Below, one piece after another: positions 49,801 to 61,320 of a stretch of 64,000 bases of DNA. Positions within the stretch are counted from its first letter, which is position 1. Each line of letters begins with the position of its first letter. The DNA lies in NCBI RefSeq assembly GCF_044704955.1, contig NC_091989.1, positions 8,990,001 through 9,054,000 of the forward strand. The letters run 5' to 3'. The stretch is from Pristiophorus japonicus. Taxonomy: Eukaryota. Both the position numbers and the translations under genes were made by a program. A model generated the notes under the pieces. The model saw only the letters and a program-made list of their open reading frames with translations. It was not told the origin of the DNA and did not search any database.

Positions 49801-50429
49801 ATTTTAAAAAGTATGGCATACATAGCTGAAGCCTAACCAGTGATTTGTAAAGATTTAGCGTGCTTTCATTTGAAAAAAAATCTATGGGGGCGCTAATGGG
49901 AGGCGTAAACAACCCGAATTTTTCCCCCTACATGACTTAGAAACACAGAAGACCAGGTCGATAGACGGTTAGAGAGGTATGATCATGGGTTCACTTTATT
50001 GCATTAAGCTGTCAAGTTTCCTTTTGTATTAGCAATTGATGTTATTATTGTTATTTATAAATGGATTTCATTCTGATTTCGAGAACCAAACATGCTAAAC
50101 GTCTTTATCAAAATGTCTTTATCAATATTTAAAAAAAATATCATTAGTGTAAAATCCCTAACAAATTTGAAGATGTGACAGTTATGGAATCAGCTGTCAC
50201 ACTGATACCATCGGGTTAACTGTACTGGAACTCAACATCATCATAGGGGAGTGGAAGATACCCGTGCGTGGGGTGGTTGTTGTACACCGGCTACCACACG
50301 GGCTTAGCTGAGCAAGGTCTTGGTCCAGTGGAAAGGGGGTCCAAGATGACTGGAGACCAGGCACTGCTGTATGGGCCTAGTTGCCTACGGCGAGATGTTG
50401 TCCGCAGGCTCGACACTGAGTAGTGGAAG

Positions 50430-50857
50430 ATAGAAACATAGAAACATAGAAAATAGGTGAAGGAGCAGGCCATTCAGCCCTTCTAGCCTGCACCGCCATT
50501 CAACGAGTTCATGGCTGAACATGAAACTTCAGTACCCACTTCCTGCTTTCACGCCATACCCCTTGATCCCCCGAGTAGTAAGGACTTCATCTAACTCCCT
50601 TTTGAATATATTTAGTGAATTGGCCTCAACTACTTCCCGTGGTAGAGAATTCCACAGGTTCACCACTCTCTGGGTGAAGAAGTTTCTCCTTATCTCGGTC
50701 CTAAATGGCTTACCCCTTATCCTTAGACTGTGACCCCTGGTTCTGGACTTCCCCAACATTGGGAACATTCTTCCTGCATCCAACCTGTCCAAACCCGTCA
50801 GAATTTTAAACGTTTCTATGAGGTCCCCTCTCACTCTTCTGAACTCCAGTGAATACA
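50430..50857 (-). mobile_element. CR1 LINE 3' end
   Basis: ORF 50529-50858; (CATAGAAA)n tail. Confidence 0.9.
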
Positions 50858-51295
50858 AGATGTGCGTGGATTTTTTTTAACGTGTGGTGGCTGTTGCACG
50901 CCAGCCACCACACGGCGGGCCTAGTGTGACACCATTGGGTTAGTGATCGGGGCCCAGGGGAGGCGAGGGTTCGGGGCCCAGAAGAGGTGAGGGCCCAGGG
51001 GCAGCACGGACCAGCCCAGACTGCGATATGTGCACGCACTAGGTCCGTGCAGCAGATCTGGTCTCCAGTTGTCTTGGTTAACCCTTGCCACTGGATTAAG
51101 ACCTCGCTCTGTCAAGCCCGTGTGGTGGCTGATGTGCAACGGCCACCACACGTTAAAAAAATCCACGCACAGGCATCTTCCACCCTTCAACATGTAGCTT
51201 GGGACCTGGAATATTAGCTCCTTCATTGAAACACCTGTGAACTCATCCCTTTTTGGTGTGGATGCAAGTCATCCTCAATACGAGAGACCGCCTAA
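50858..51295 (+). mobile_element. RTE-derived non-autonomous retroposon with inverted 5' segment
   Basis: 50940-51295 homologous to 36300-36655; 50864-50920 is the reverse complement of 51116-51171. Confidence 0.8.
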
Positions 51296-51317
51296 TACTA
51301 TACTAGGTATTATTGGT

Positions 51318-51353
51318 GTTCTGATGAAAGGTCATTGACCTGAAACGTTAAAT
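51318..51353 (+). ncRNA. Minimal type I hammerhead ribozyme motif
   Basis: CTGATGA-A-[AGGTC att GACCT]-GAAAC-GTT: core boxes flanking a 5-bp helix II, with palindromic AACGTT at helix III. Confidence 0.55.
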
Positions 51354-51452
51354 CTGTTTCTCTCTTCACAGATGCTGCCTGACCCGCTGAGTATTTCCAG
51401 CGTTTTCCATTTTTATTTCAGATTCCAGCATCCGCAGTATTTTGTCTTTGTA
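51318..51452 (+). mobile_element. Penelope-like element terminal-repeat remnant
   Basis: Homologous to 7270-7380 (-); smaller remnants at ~12170-12220, 13519-13580 and 49401-49432. Confidence 0.75.
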
Positions 51453-51879
51453 GTATTATTGGTATTATTCACATCAGCTGACAATTTGTTGTTAAACATC
51501 AATAGAAGTTCTGTTGGGGAGTCTGGGTCAGGCTCATTAACCACCCTCTGTCCTTTGATCTTCTTGGAACATAACACCGCATTATTTATTTCACACGATC
51601 TAATATTTAAATAAAGCTGGGGTTCACAGTAAGGTTGCACACTCTCTGACTTGGCTCTGACCTTCATCTGACCTGATAAGATGTGCTTTCTGATTTCTGC
51701 AATTAGACCCGGCCAGACGACCGATATTGAGGTGAGCAGGAAACACATCTGTGCAACTATTCTTAATAAACACTAGACATCATTACAGCGACCAGAAAGC
51801 AGGTGTTAAAATCATTTTCCTCTTAATAAATGTCTCAGAATACTTCCCCGACATGGGTATCTTGTGTGCAATTCTCTCC

Positions 51880-52430
51880 ATACCCGCCTTATCCCTATAA
51901 CCTTCTTCAGCCGCACAACTCCCCCACCCCCCACAAGATCTCTGCGCTCCTCCAATTATTGCCTCTTGAGCATCTCCCATTTTCATCGCTCCACCATCGG
52001 CGGCCGTGCCTTCAGCTGCCTGGGCCACAAGCTCTGGAACTCCCTCCCTCAACCTCTCCGCCTCCCGTTGTTATATATGTGGACTTGTATTTACTCTATA
52101 CAGCCACATAATCCCTTGGGACCACAGGTATTTAAGAAGGCTTCACAGGCTGGAGAGGCACTCTGGAGACCTGCAATAAAAGACTACGGTCACACTTTAC
52201 TTTGAGCTCACAGTGTTCAGTCTGACCTTTTCTCCATACACTACACCCTGCCTCTCTCTGCTCCTCTAAGTCGCTCCTTAAAACCTACCTCTTTGGCCGA
52301 GCTTTTGGTCATCTGCCCTAATATCTGCTTATGTGGTTTGGTGTCAAATTCTGTCTGATAATTGCTCCTGTGAAGCGCCTTGGAATGTTTTTAACCACAT
52401 TAAAGGTGCTATATAAATGCCAGTTGTTGT
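51880..52430 (+). mobile_element. L2 LINE 3' fragment interrupted by a solo LTR
   Basis: RSTIGGRAFSCLGHKLWNSLP; L2 sequence resumes at ~52246. Confidence 0.85.
52069..52245 (+). mobile_element. Short solo LTR (Gypsy-type)
   Basis: TGTTATATATG...CTACA termini, TATTTAA and AATAAA; start resembles the LTR at 33372; TSD imperfect (CCCGT/CCCTG). Confidence 0.7.
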
Positions 52431-52656
52431 ATCTGCGGCCAATACAGACGTTTCTGTAGCCCAGAGTTGAACATGACCAGCCAGACAAGAATGCAGCCCT
52501 TGAGGATTGGGACTTAAGTAGGTAGGAAAGTCTGAAAGCTAGTGTGATGGGGGAAACTTGTTTTGTTCGCAAGTGTAAATACTTCATTTTATTACATCCT
52601 CGGGCTGTAAGGTTGAATGTGACCAGCTGAAGAATCCATCTACGAGCAAGCAACAC

Positions 52657-53152
52657 GATAAGGGAGTCAAGAGTTATGGGGAGCGGGCGGGGAAGTGGAG
52701 TTGAGGCAAGATCAGACCAGCCATGATCTTATTGAATGGTGGAGCAGGCTCCAGGGGCCGGATGGCCGACTCCTGCTCCTATTTCTTATGTAATCCTGTG
52801 ATTAGGCCAAATTGAGCCCATCAGCTCTCCATTGTAACTTACGTAGAATAGGATTACATCAGATATACAGCACAGAAACAGGCCATTCGGCCCAACCAGT
52901 CCATGCCGGTGTTTATGCTCCACTCGAGCCTCCTCCCGTCTTTCCTCATCTAACTCTATCAGCATAACCCCCTATTCCCTTCTCCCCCATTGGCTTGTCC
53001 AGCCTCCCCTTAAATACATCGATACTATTCGCCTCAACCCCTCCCTGTGGCAGCGAGTTCCACATTCTCACCCCTCTCCGGGCAAAGAAGTTTCTCCTGA
53101 ATTCCCCATTGGGTTTCTTGGTGACTATCTTATATCGATGGCCTCTAGTTTT
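52657..53152. mobile_element. Two CR1 3' ends, tail to tail (52657-52790 plus; 52847-53152 minus)
   Basis: Tail motifs match 9150-9280 and 22920-23240 respectively. Confidence 0.8.
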
Positions 53153-53635
53153 GGACGGTCTAAGTGGCAGCGGCGGTGACTGTTGTGTCAATTCAACACA
53201 TTTGCAATTGGTTATTGATTTTAATGGAGGGTGGAGTGAATAAAGTTAACGGTTCAACTTTTTCGCAAGGGAAACAATATAGATTGGGCTGGAAATTCCC
53301 CAACCTTGTGCTCGGTTTTTCGACGGTATTTCGCCGTTTTTGGTGAACCGGGAAATTTGTAGAAGTCTTGCGCCAAAGGTTTTTAAATACCACTGGGGAG
53401 CGGACCGCCAGCGTGCAAGACTCGAAAAAGCGCTTTTGCCTAAAATTTGGCTCTGAGTGCACCCGTGCATAGGACGGAAAAACACGCCCGAGAAAAACCT
53501 GCGTTGCAGCCCTAGTCTCCACCAACATCCTTGGCTAGATACCACCTCACTCAGGAGGTTTACTAGCCTCAATTCCCTTTTAACTTATCAGGTACTTGCC
53601 ACACTGACTTCAAAATCATCCAGGATATTTGTGCA

Positions 53636-54007
53636 CAGGTTGGACCTCCCTTATCCAGAATTCCCTTATCCAGAACCACCCCTCGTCCAGAACTATTCCC
53701 GGCCACCAGGTGGCGCATGTGCAGAACTCCGACATGAACAAATTGAACAAATTGAAGTCCTTCCTCGCTGCCGACTCCCGCAATCGCTGCCTGGCCCCGT
53801 GATCCACCGCCCCCACCAGCCCCTCCTCCACATGATCTCTCTGCCACACTCCAAGCCCCAATATCCCCTTGCTCAGTTCGATTTGAGGGACTGTCTATGA
53901 TGATGACCTGTACCATCCAATTTAACGTGACCACCCCTCATCCAGAAAAATCTCTTGTCCAGAACAGGCCAGGCCCCGAGGGTTCCGGATAAGGGAGGGT
54001 CAACCTG
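53636..54007. mobile_element. Tc1/mariner (Tigger/pogo-like) MITE
   Basis: TIRs CAGGTTGGACCTCCCTTATCC ... GGATAAGGGAGGGTCAACCTG followed by TA. Confidence 0.8.
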
Positions 54008-54246
54008 TAATACTACAATTAGACAGCAAGTTAGTCTATCTCTGCCTGATGAAGACATTAATTTAATACTTTACATGAAATGGTCTCAGAGCCTCTGCCC
54101 TCGATCACCTGCTATGGGAGCTCTCTCACTGTGCAGAGGGGAACTCAGTGCTCACCCAAGTGAAAGTGATAACCACCAAATATGACGTACGTGAGAGTTA
54201 CTTCCATATCACAAGACAAGTGATTTTAATGTTGGGCGCCCATTTA

Positions 54247-54702
54247 GTCAGCTGTGCTACAGTGGGTAGCACCCCTGCCTTTAAGTTAGAAGGTTGTGGG
54301 TTCAAGTCCCACTCCAGAGACTTGAGCACATAAATCTAGGCTGACACTCCCAATGGAGTGCTGCACTGTCGGAGGTGCCGTCTTTTGGATGAGACGTTAA
54401 ACCAAGGTCCCGTCTGCTCTCTCAGGTGGATGTAAAAGATCCCATGGCACTATTTCGAAGAAGAGCAGGGGAGTTATCCCCGGTGTCCTGGCCAATATTT
54501 ATTGCCTCAATCAACATCGCTAAGACAGATTATCTGGTCATTATCACATTGCTGTGTGTGGGAGCTTGTGCACAAATTGGCTGCTACGTTTCCCACATTA
54601 CAACAGTGACTACACTTTAAAAGTGTTTCATCGGCTGTAAAGCGCTTTGGGACATCTTGAGGTCACGAAAGACGCTATATAAATGCAAGTCTTTCTTTCT
54701 TT
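54247..54702 (+). mobile_element. SacSINE1-like SINE, full length
   Basis: tRNA-like head GGGTTCAAGTCCC; tail ATATAAATGCAAGT(CTTT)n. Confidence 0.85.
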
Positions 54703-55202
54703 ACAAAGGAATGTCCCTTTAAACGATGCATAACGTCCCTTTAAGGGATAGCTCAGAATCTGAACAAGCAGCATCATTTGTTAGGGAGAACTACCCTTTG
54801 TCACTGTAAGACAAATGAATAAACCTGTGACTGTTCTCAGTATGTTGCATAAGCACCATTATGTCTATATGCCGTGCGCAGAGTAACAATAGCAATTTCA
54901 GTAATAGGTTTTGTGCTGTAGTCAGTACAAATTGATAACCAGACCTGTTTTATTCACTCATTAGAATAATTGTAAAAAAAAATACTATGTAATCAGAGCA
55001 ATTTAACTGCACTCTCTTAAAACAAAAAAAACAATTTCATATAATGCTGAAGGCAATGGAATTGCCAAATGCTTTGCGACGTGTTCTGTTCAATAGAGAA
55101 ATTCATTGTTTAAAAAAAAACAGTTACAACAGTAACAATAACAACAACAACAACAACAGCAGCAGCAAAGAAAGGCTGCACCCATGTCTCCTCCACCTTA
55201 TT

Positions 55203-57113
55203 CTAAGACCGCCCGCTGCGCTTGGTCTTGTTGACTCCAGCGCTGCCCGCAGGCAGTGACGCAGCATTTCTTGGGTTGGTACCAAGGTTATTCTTTCGAA
55301 CATCTCGGGTAATGCGCACTTCTTGATGGGGGGGTAGAGGGAGGGGCAGGCGGTGATGTGGAAGGCCTGGCTTGAGCCTCATCAGAGGCTAGTCTGGGGA
55401 TTGGAGTGGGAGTGACGGTTGATTCTGTCAATAGGCGCGGGGTCTGGGCGTGTTCCCTTATTGCAGCAGCTAACTCCGACATTCCCTCCCTCATGTGCCC
55501 TGACTGTGTGTCAACTACCTGCGACAATCCCTCCCTCATGTTCACCGACAGTGTCTCAACTACCTGCGACATTCCCTCCCTCATGTTCACCGACAGTGTC
55601 TCAACTACCTGCGACATTCCCTCCCTCATGTTCACCAACAGTGTCTCAACTACCTGCGACATTCCCTCCCTCATGTTCACCAACAGTGTCTCAACTACCT
55701 ACGACATTCCCTCCCTCATGTTCACCAACAGTGTCTCAACTACCTGCGACATTCCCTCCCTCATGTTCATCGACATTGTATCCGCTGCCTGAGACATTCC
55801 CTCCCTCATGTTCACCGACAGTGTCTCAGCCACCTGCGACATTCCCTCCCTCATGTTCCTGGACAGTGTTCCCATTTCTCGTGAGAGTGTTGTTGCTTCT
55901 CCCGACAGTCCCGATACCTCATCACCCACCCCACTGATGGTGTCCAGGAGTGATCGTGTAAGGTCAATGCTCTCCACACTCATTGCCATCATCTGAACCA
56001 CATCTGTTAGATCCTGCACCTCAGGAGAGCGCTGTCAAGCTCTCCTTCCCCTCCTCACCCTGGGTGTGCCTCGCTACATCCCACTGGGACCCACAGCCTC
56101 GGACTGTGGAAAACCATGTAATGTCCCAGCAACACTCGTACCACTCAGGAAAGGGGCTGGCACCTCAATGGGCGGCACCTGCACTTCCTCCAGAGTGAGT
56201 ACAACTTCATCCAACACCTCCCCCTCCCCCTCACCCCCATGCTTTTGATCTGGAAGGTGGGATTGGAAGATGTTCTCCTTATGGCTTGTCCGCATCGGAA
56301 TCTTCTTCTGCATCGTCAGGTTTGGCCTCAAGTTCTGCAAAATATATCAGAACAGACAAATGGTTAGCAGCAGAGGAGGGGGCAGGGTGGGTGGCATGAG
56401 TAGGCTCACACAGCGCAGGCCGCAGGCTCAGTTGAAGGACCACAATGAATGATAGCACATTGTATCAACCGAAGCGTAGCTGACGGAGACATTCCCATGA
56501 ACCGAAGCTTGGCTAGCCCACGCAGTACTTAACATTTAGCATAGCCAGACTGTGGAATTTGCAGGACTTACCCTCTTCCTCGAGTGTGGGCCCAGCTTGT
56601 GCTGCGGTGGTTGCTTTTCTCCAGGCAGGACCCATCAAAGCAACGACCCTGTCTTCCAAGCGTGTCAGTGGCTGCAGATTTGCCGGGCCTCCTCCTGTTC
56701 GAGTTCTTTCCCTTTTGTTGTGTGTCATGTTCCTCTGCAACGATGAAAATATAGCTTTTTAGAGAGGGTGTCTTTCTGCTGGGTGGGACATATACAGCTG
56801 GTCACATTTACAATTGCAATTCCAGTGAATAAATGAAACTATTACTTACACTAACTACTTGACCAAGGTCCTGCCACTTCTTTTTGCACTGGCCTCCAGA
56901 CCTCGGGGTGGTCACCATTGCATAGTAATCTTCTACAAGTTGGTTCCAGCGTTTCTTCATTTCTTTTGGTAAAACTTTTATGTGACTTCTGCTGGTGTCC
57001 AGCTCGTGCCATCTGGCCTCAATCACAGTAACCGGTGCCTCCACTTCATCCTGTGAGAAATTCTTGGTCCTTGAGCCGTATTGTATCTTGTATTGCAGCT
57101 CCGATTTCTCCAA
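55203..57113 (-). pseudogene. Harbinger Myb/SANT-like DNA-binding protein, three exons, decayed
   Basis: Exon 1 57113-56850 (NFSQDEVE...W...RSGGQCKKKWQDL), GTAAGT donor; exon 2 56734-56572 (KRERTRTGGGP) after TTGCAG; exon 3 from 56334 (acidic tract, then repeats), with stops and frameshifts. Confidence 0.8.
55470..55870 (-). repeat. Coding tandem repeat, 45-bp unit, 9 copies
   Basis: GACATTCCCTCCCTCATG recurs every 45 bp; encodes NMREGMSQVVETLSV on the minus strand. Confidence 0.95.
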
Positions 57114-57922
57114 TGAGAATTAAAGTTCTCACACACAACTGGCTCTTTAAATATGGCCGAATGCAGACCGAGAGGTGTACTGGGCACGCGCGCCCATAGC
57201 AATCACGTCAAAAGCGTCTTTTTTTGTTTTCGCGCACGCGCAGCAGGGGGAGGCACCGTTTAGTTTCGGCGCAGACATTAGGCTCCACCCCCCGAAGTTA
57301 AAGGACGGGCTGCATGGCGCCAATTTCAAAAAATTGAATGGGGAAACTTGCGAGTTATTTTTTTGGAATAGTCGGGGCCAGAAAAAAACAGATGTAACTC
57401 TTGAAGTACGCCAAAGACATGGCATTGGAGAGAATTGAGCCCGGGGTTCCTGCTCCTGTCTGATGTTGCACAAAATGACTGTGTTGGGTGGGAAAAACAG
57501 ACTCACAAAATGGCTGACGTTTGCATTGGATGGGATGGGGGAGGTGGGGAGACTCGCAAAATGGCTGTTACCCTGCGTCTCCACTCGCATGTAATTATTC
57601 TCTCTGCATGATTATTTGTGCTGGTCAACTTCCCCTTTAAGATGCACGTGTTTAAGTTGTCGCAGTCTGATCTTAATACCAGATAAGATTGTTTTCTTCT
57701 TCAGCAGAAAAGGCACAGTTTATCTCTCCACAGCTGTCCCGTGTTGCAACAGTTAACCCTTAGTGTACTTGGTTTTTGGTGCTGCATCGATTTTCTAACC
57801 TGGGACGTCTGCCAAAGGAACAGTTGCCAAGACTGAAACGCAGCATTATTGTAAAATAGAGTTTGAAAAATGATAAGACAACGTCACTTTGTTAATGTAA
57901 CGTATTTATGCTATGGTGTTCA

Positions 57923-59040
57923 ATGTCAGCCGTGGCTCAGTGGGCAGCACTCTCGCCTCGGAGTCAGAAGGTTGTGGGTTCAAGTCCCACTCCAGGGACT
58001 TGAACACAACAATCTCGGCTGACACTGCAGTGCAGTGCTGAGGGAGTGCCGCACTGTCGGAGGGGCAGTGCTGAGGGAGCGCCGCACTGTCGGAGGGGCA
58101 GTGCTGAGGGAGCGCCGCACTGTCGGAGGGGCAGTACTGAGGGAGCGCCGCACTGTCGGAGGGGCAGTACTGAGGGAGCGCCGCACTGTCGGAGGGGCAG
58201 TACTGAGGGAGTGCCGCACTGTCGGAGGGGCAGTACTGAGGGAGTGCCGCACTGTCGGAGGGGCAGTACTGAGGGAGTGCCGCACTGAGGGAGCGCCGCA
58301 CTGTCGGAGGGGCAGTACTGAGGGAGCACCGCACTGTCGGAGGGGCAGTGCTGAGGGAGTGCCGCACTGTCGGAGGGGCAGTGCTGAGGGAGTGCCACAC
58401 TGTCGGAGGGGCAGTACTGAGGGAGTGCCGCACTGTCGGAGGGGCAGGACTGAGGGAGTGCCGCACTGTCGGAGGGGCAGTACTGAGGGAGTGCCGCACT
58501 GTCAGAGGAGCAGTACTGAGGGAGTGACGTACTGTCGGAGGGGCAGTGCTGAGGGAGTGACGTACTGTCGGAGGGGCAGTGCTGAGGGAGTGCCGCACTG
58601 TCGGAGGGGCAGTACTGAGGGAGTGCCGCACTGTCGGAGGGGCAGTACTGAGGGAGTGCCGCACTGTCGGAGGTGCAGTGCTGAGGGAGTGCCGCACTGT
58701 CGGAGGGGCAGTACTGAGGGAGTGCCGCACTGTCGGAGCTGCCGTCTGCCCCCTCAGGTCAATGTAAAAGAATCCGAAGCACTATATCGAAGAAAAGCAG
58801 CGAGAATTCTCCCCCTGGTGCCCTGGCCAATATTTATCCTTCAATCAACCATTTCACTAAAACAGATGATCTGGTTATTATCACATTGCTGTTTGTGGGA
58901 GCTTGCTGTGCTCAAACAGACTGCTGCGTTTCCTCCAGAACAACAGTGATTATACTTCAAAAGATATTTCATTCGCTGTAAAGCGTTTTGGAAATTCTTA
59001 GGTTGTGAAAGGCGCTATAGAAATGCAGTCTTTCTTTTTT
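57923..59040 (+). mobile_element. SacSINE1-like SINE with internal minisatellite expansion
   Basis: Head 57923-58034 and body/tail 58738-59040 are collinear with 54247-54702. Confidence 0.9.
58035..58737. repeat. Minisatellite, 33-bp unit, ~21 copies
   Basis: GT(A/G)CTGAGGGAGTGCCGCACTGTCGGAGGGGCA, with one shortened unit near 58280. Confidence 0.95.
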
Positions 59041-60141
59041 TTTACACTCAGAATAAATTTATGACGGCAAGGTTAGGATGTGGTGGGTGGGTAATATACT
59101 ATCAGATCATCTTTATGTTAGCTCAGCTACAGGGCACTGGCCCTGAAATGTCTTTAGGATACCAGTGTGCACTCAATGCATTTAGTCTAAAATTCTTCCC
59201 TTCTAATTTAAGTGTTAACTGTTTTAAATAAATGCATTGGGAATTCTAGGTGAACACATTAATGTTTGTACACTAGCATAATTTAAGAGCCATAAAAAAA
59301 TAACCTAACTTATGACTGGGTATTAGATCTGTACTGCCTAGTTTGCCTATATCTCTGCACATGTTCTAATGTGTATGTTTCGTGATGGACATCTCGGATT
59401 TTAATTGTATTTGTTTCGTAACGAAAAAGAATGAAATAAAAAGCGAAATTAAAAAAAATAAAAGTGTAATTTTTAAATTAGTTTTGCACCTAGAAATCAT
59501 TAATTGGAATTCTCAAATGTAAATGATCAAGTGGGGGGAAGGGAAGCGGGTGGAGTTGCAAACCAGTAATACAGAGAGATTCGATGATGTCGAGGTTGTA
59601 TTACAGCACAGTAACACATACTAACACAACAGCGACGCTTCGCAAGGTGCAGCATGTAATAGAGCTCCCCCCACCCCCCCCCCAGTGGAGTACTGTAGTA
59701 ATGCAACTACTGATGTAAATACAACAAAAGGGTCATGTGTCAAGGTCACATGATGACATTTTTCTGTCGAGAGCCGTCTTTTGTTTGTGTTGTGTTAGTG
59801 ATGCCGTAAGGATATATCACACAGCGGTTACGTTATTTCGGAACCCGTGAGCAGTTACGGTGCCATAAGATCGTCGATGAACGCAGGAGCCCGAATCGCT
59901 TGGCTTGCGATGGGCAGCGCCATCAGGAAAGTGTCAGGTGGTGTGTTCGCTGTTTGCTATTTCCAGTACAATCGCAAACACGTTCTAAAAGAATACGTTT
60001 ACAATTTCACCGGAGGGGCCACAGGAATTAACGATGCCGCCACATACAGAGTGACCCCCCCCCCCTACTCCGCCCAGATTACACGTGGTGTGTGCCCAAA
60101 GTGAGCCAGAAATTCCGGGCTTTTATTAATAAGATTATACT

Positions 60142-60517
60142 AAAGAAAGAAAGACTTGGATTTATATAGCGCCTTTCACGGCCACCAGACGTCTCAAAGC
60201 GCTTTACAGCCAATGAAGCACTTTCGGAGTGTAGTCACTGTTGAAATGTGGGAAACACGGCAGCCAATTTGCACACAGCAAGCTCCCACAAACAGCAATA
60301 GGATAATGATCATGCAACCTGTTTTTTTGTTGTGTTGATTGAGGGATAAATATTGGCCCAGCACACCGGGGAGAACTCCCCTGCTCTGCACTGCCTCAGC
60401 ACTGCACTGGGAGTGTCAGCTTGGATTTTTGTGTTCAAGTCCCTGGAGTGGGACTTGAACCCACAACCTTCTGACTCAAAAGCGAGGGTGCTACCCACTG
60501 AGCCACTGGCTGACACT
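60142..60517 (-). mobile_element. SacSINE1-like SINE with internal deletion
   Basis: Homologous to 2588-3060. Confidence 0.85.
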
Positions 60518-60936
60518 GTAAGTACAGTGCAATCATTTAAATGACAGTGACAGAAATATTTAAGTAAAAGTGGCATTGTCAAATTGAAAGCATCATTTCC
60601 TATTGAAAATCAATTGGAAGCAGATATTCAATGCTCAAAGCATTCTCAGTGCATGTCACATGTCACATGGCAAATGGACAGATTAACATTTTGCACTCAC
60701 TGTCGAACTAGACCGGAACAAATCCATTGTCAGCAACGTGAACACAGTGTACCATTAAGGTCAATCGCTATTACATAAGAACAGAAGAACATAAGAATTA
60801 GGAACAGGAGTCGGCCATCTAGCCCCTCGAGCCTGCTCCGCCATTCAATAAGATCATGGCTGATCTGGCCGTGGACTCAGCTCCACTTACCCGCCCGCTC
60901 TCCGTAACCCTTAATTCCCTTATTGGTTAAAAATCT

Positions 60937-61320
60937 AGAAAGAAAGACTTGCATATATCCATCTACAAGATGCACTGCAGCAACTCGCCAAGGCTTCTTC
61001 GGCAGCACCTCCCGAACTCGCGACCTCTACCCCCTAGAAGGACAAGGACAGCAGGCGCATGGGAACACCACCACCTCCACGTTCCCCTCCCAGTCACACA
61101 CCATCCTGACTTGGAAATATATCGGCCGTTCCTTCATCGTCGCTGGGTCAAAATCCTGGAACTCCCTCCCTAACAGCACTGTGGGAGCACCTTCACCACA
61201 CGGACTGCAGCAGTTCAAGAAGGCGGCTCACCACCACCTTCTCAAGGGGCAATTAGGGATGGGCAATAAATGCCGGCCTTGCCGGTAATGCCCACATCCC
61301 GTGAACGAATAAAAAAAAAG
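60937..61320 (+). mobile_element. Chimeric element: inverted SINE tail fused to LINE 3' end (copy 2)
   Basis: Same junction as 35425; ends GAACGAAT(A)n; preceded by a CR1 tail at 60778-60936 (-). Confidence 0.8.

Larger units (their letters stand above)
55110..57442 (-). mobile_element. PIF/Harbinger transposon half (Myb/SANT gene plus one TIR; no transposase seen)
   Basis: Terminus GAGAATTGAGCCC matches the MITE TIR at 22020; carries a spliced Myb/SANT ORF. Confidence 0.85.

Noticed and set aside
55125-55168. Poly-Asn/Ser ORF (55044-55259)
   Set aside because: An (AAC)n(AGC)n microsatellite downstream of the Harbinger Myb/SANT gene, with no other coding evidence.
55406-55937. Plus-strand Cys/Pro-rich repetitive ORFs
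   Set aside because: Antisense shadows of the 45-bp repeat in the minus-strand Myb/SANT gene.
57923-58000. tRNA genes at SINE heads (also ~2985-3060, ~54247-54320, ~44415-44480)
   Set aside because: A/B boxes are present but continue into SINE bodies without a proper acceptor stem; they are tRNA-derived heads.
57906-58949. Long ORFs of 274 and 304 aa
   Set aside because: They are translations of the 33-bp SINE-derived minisatellite.
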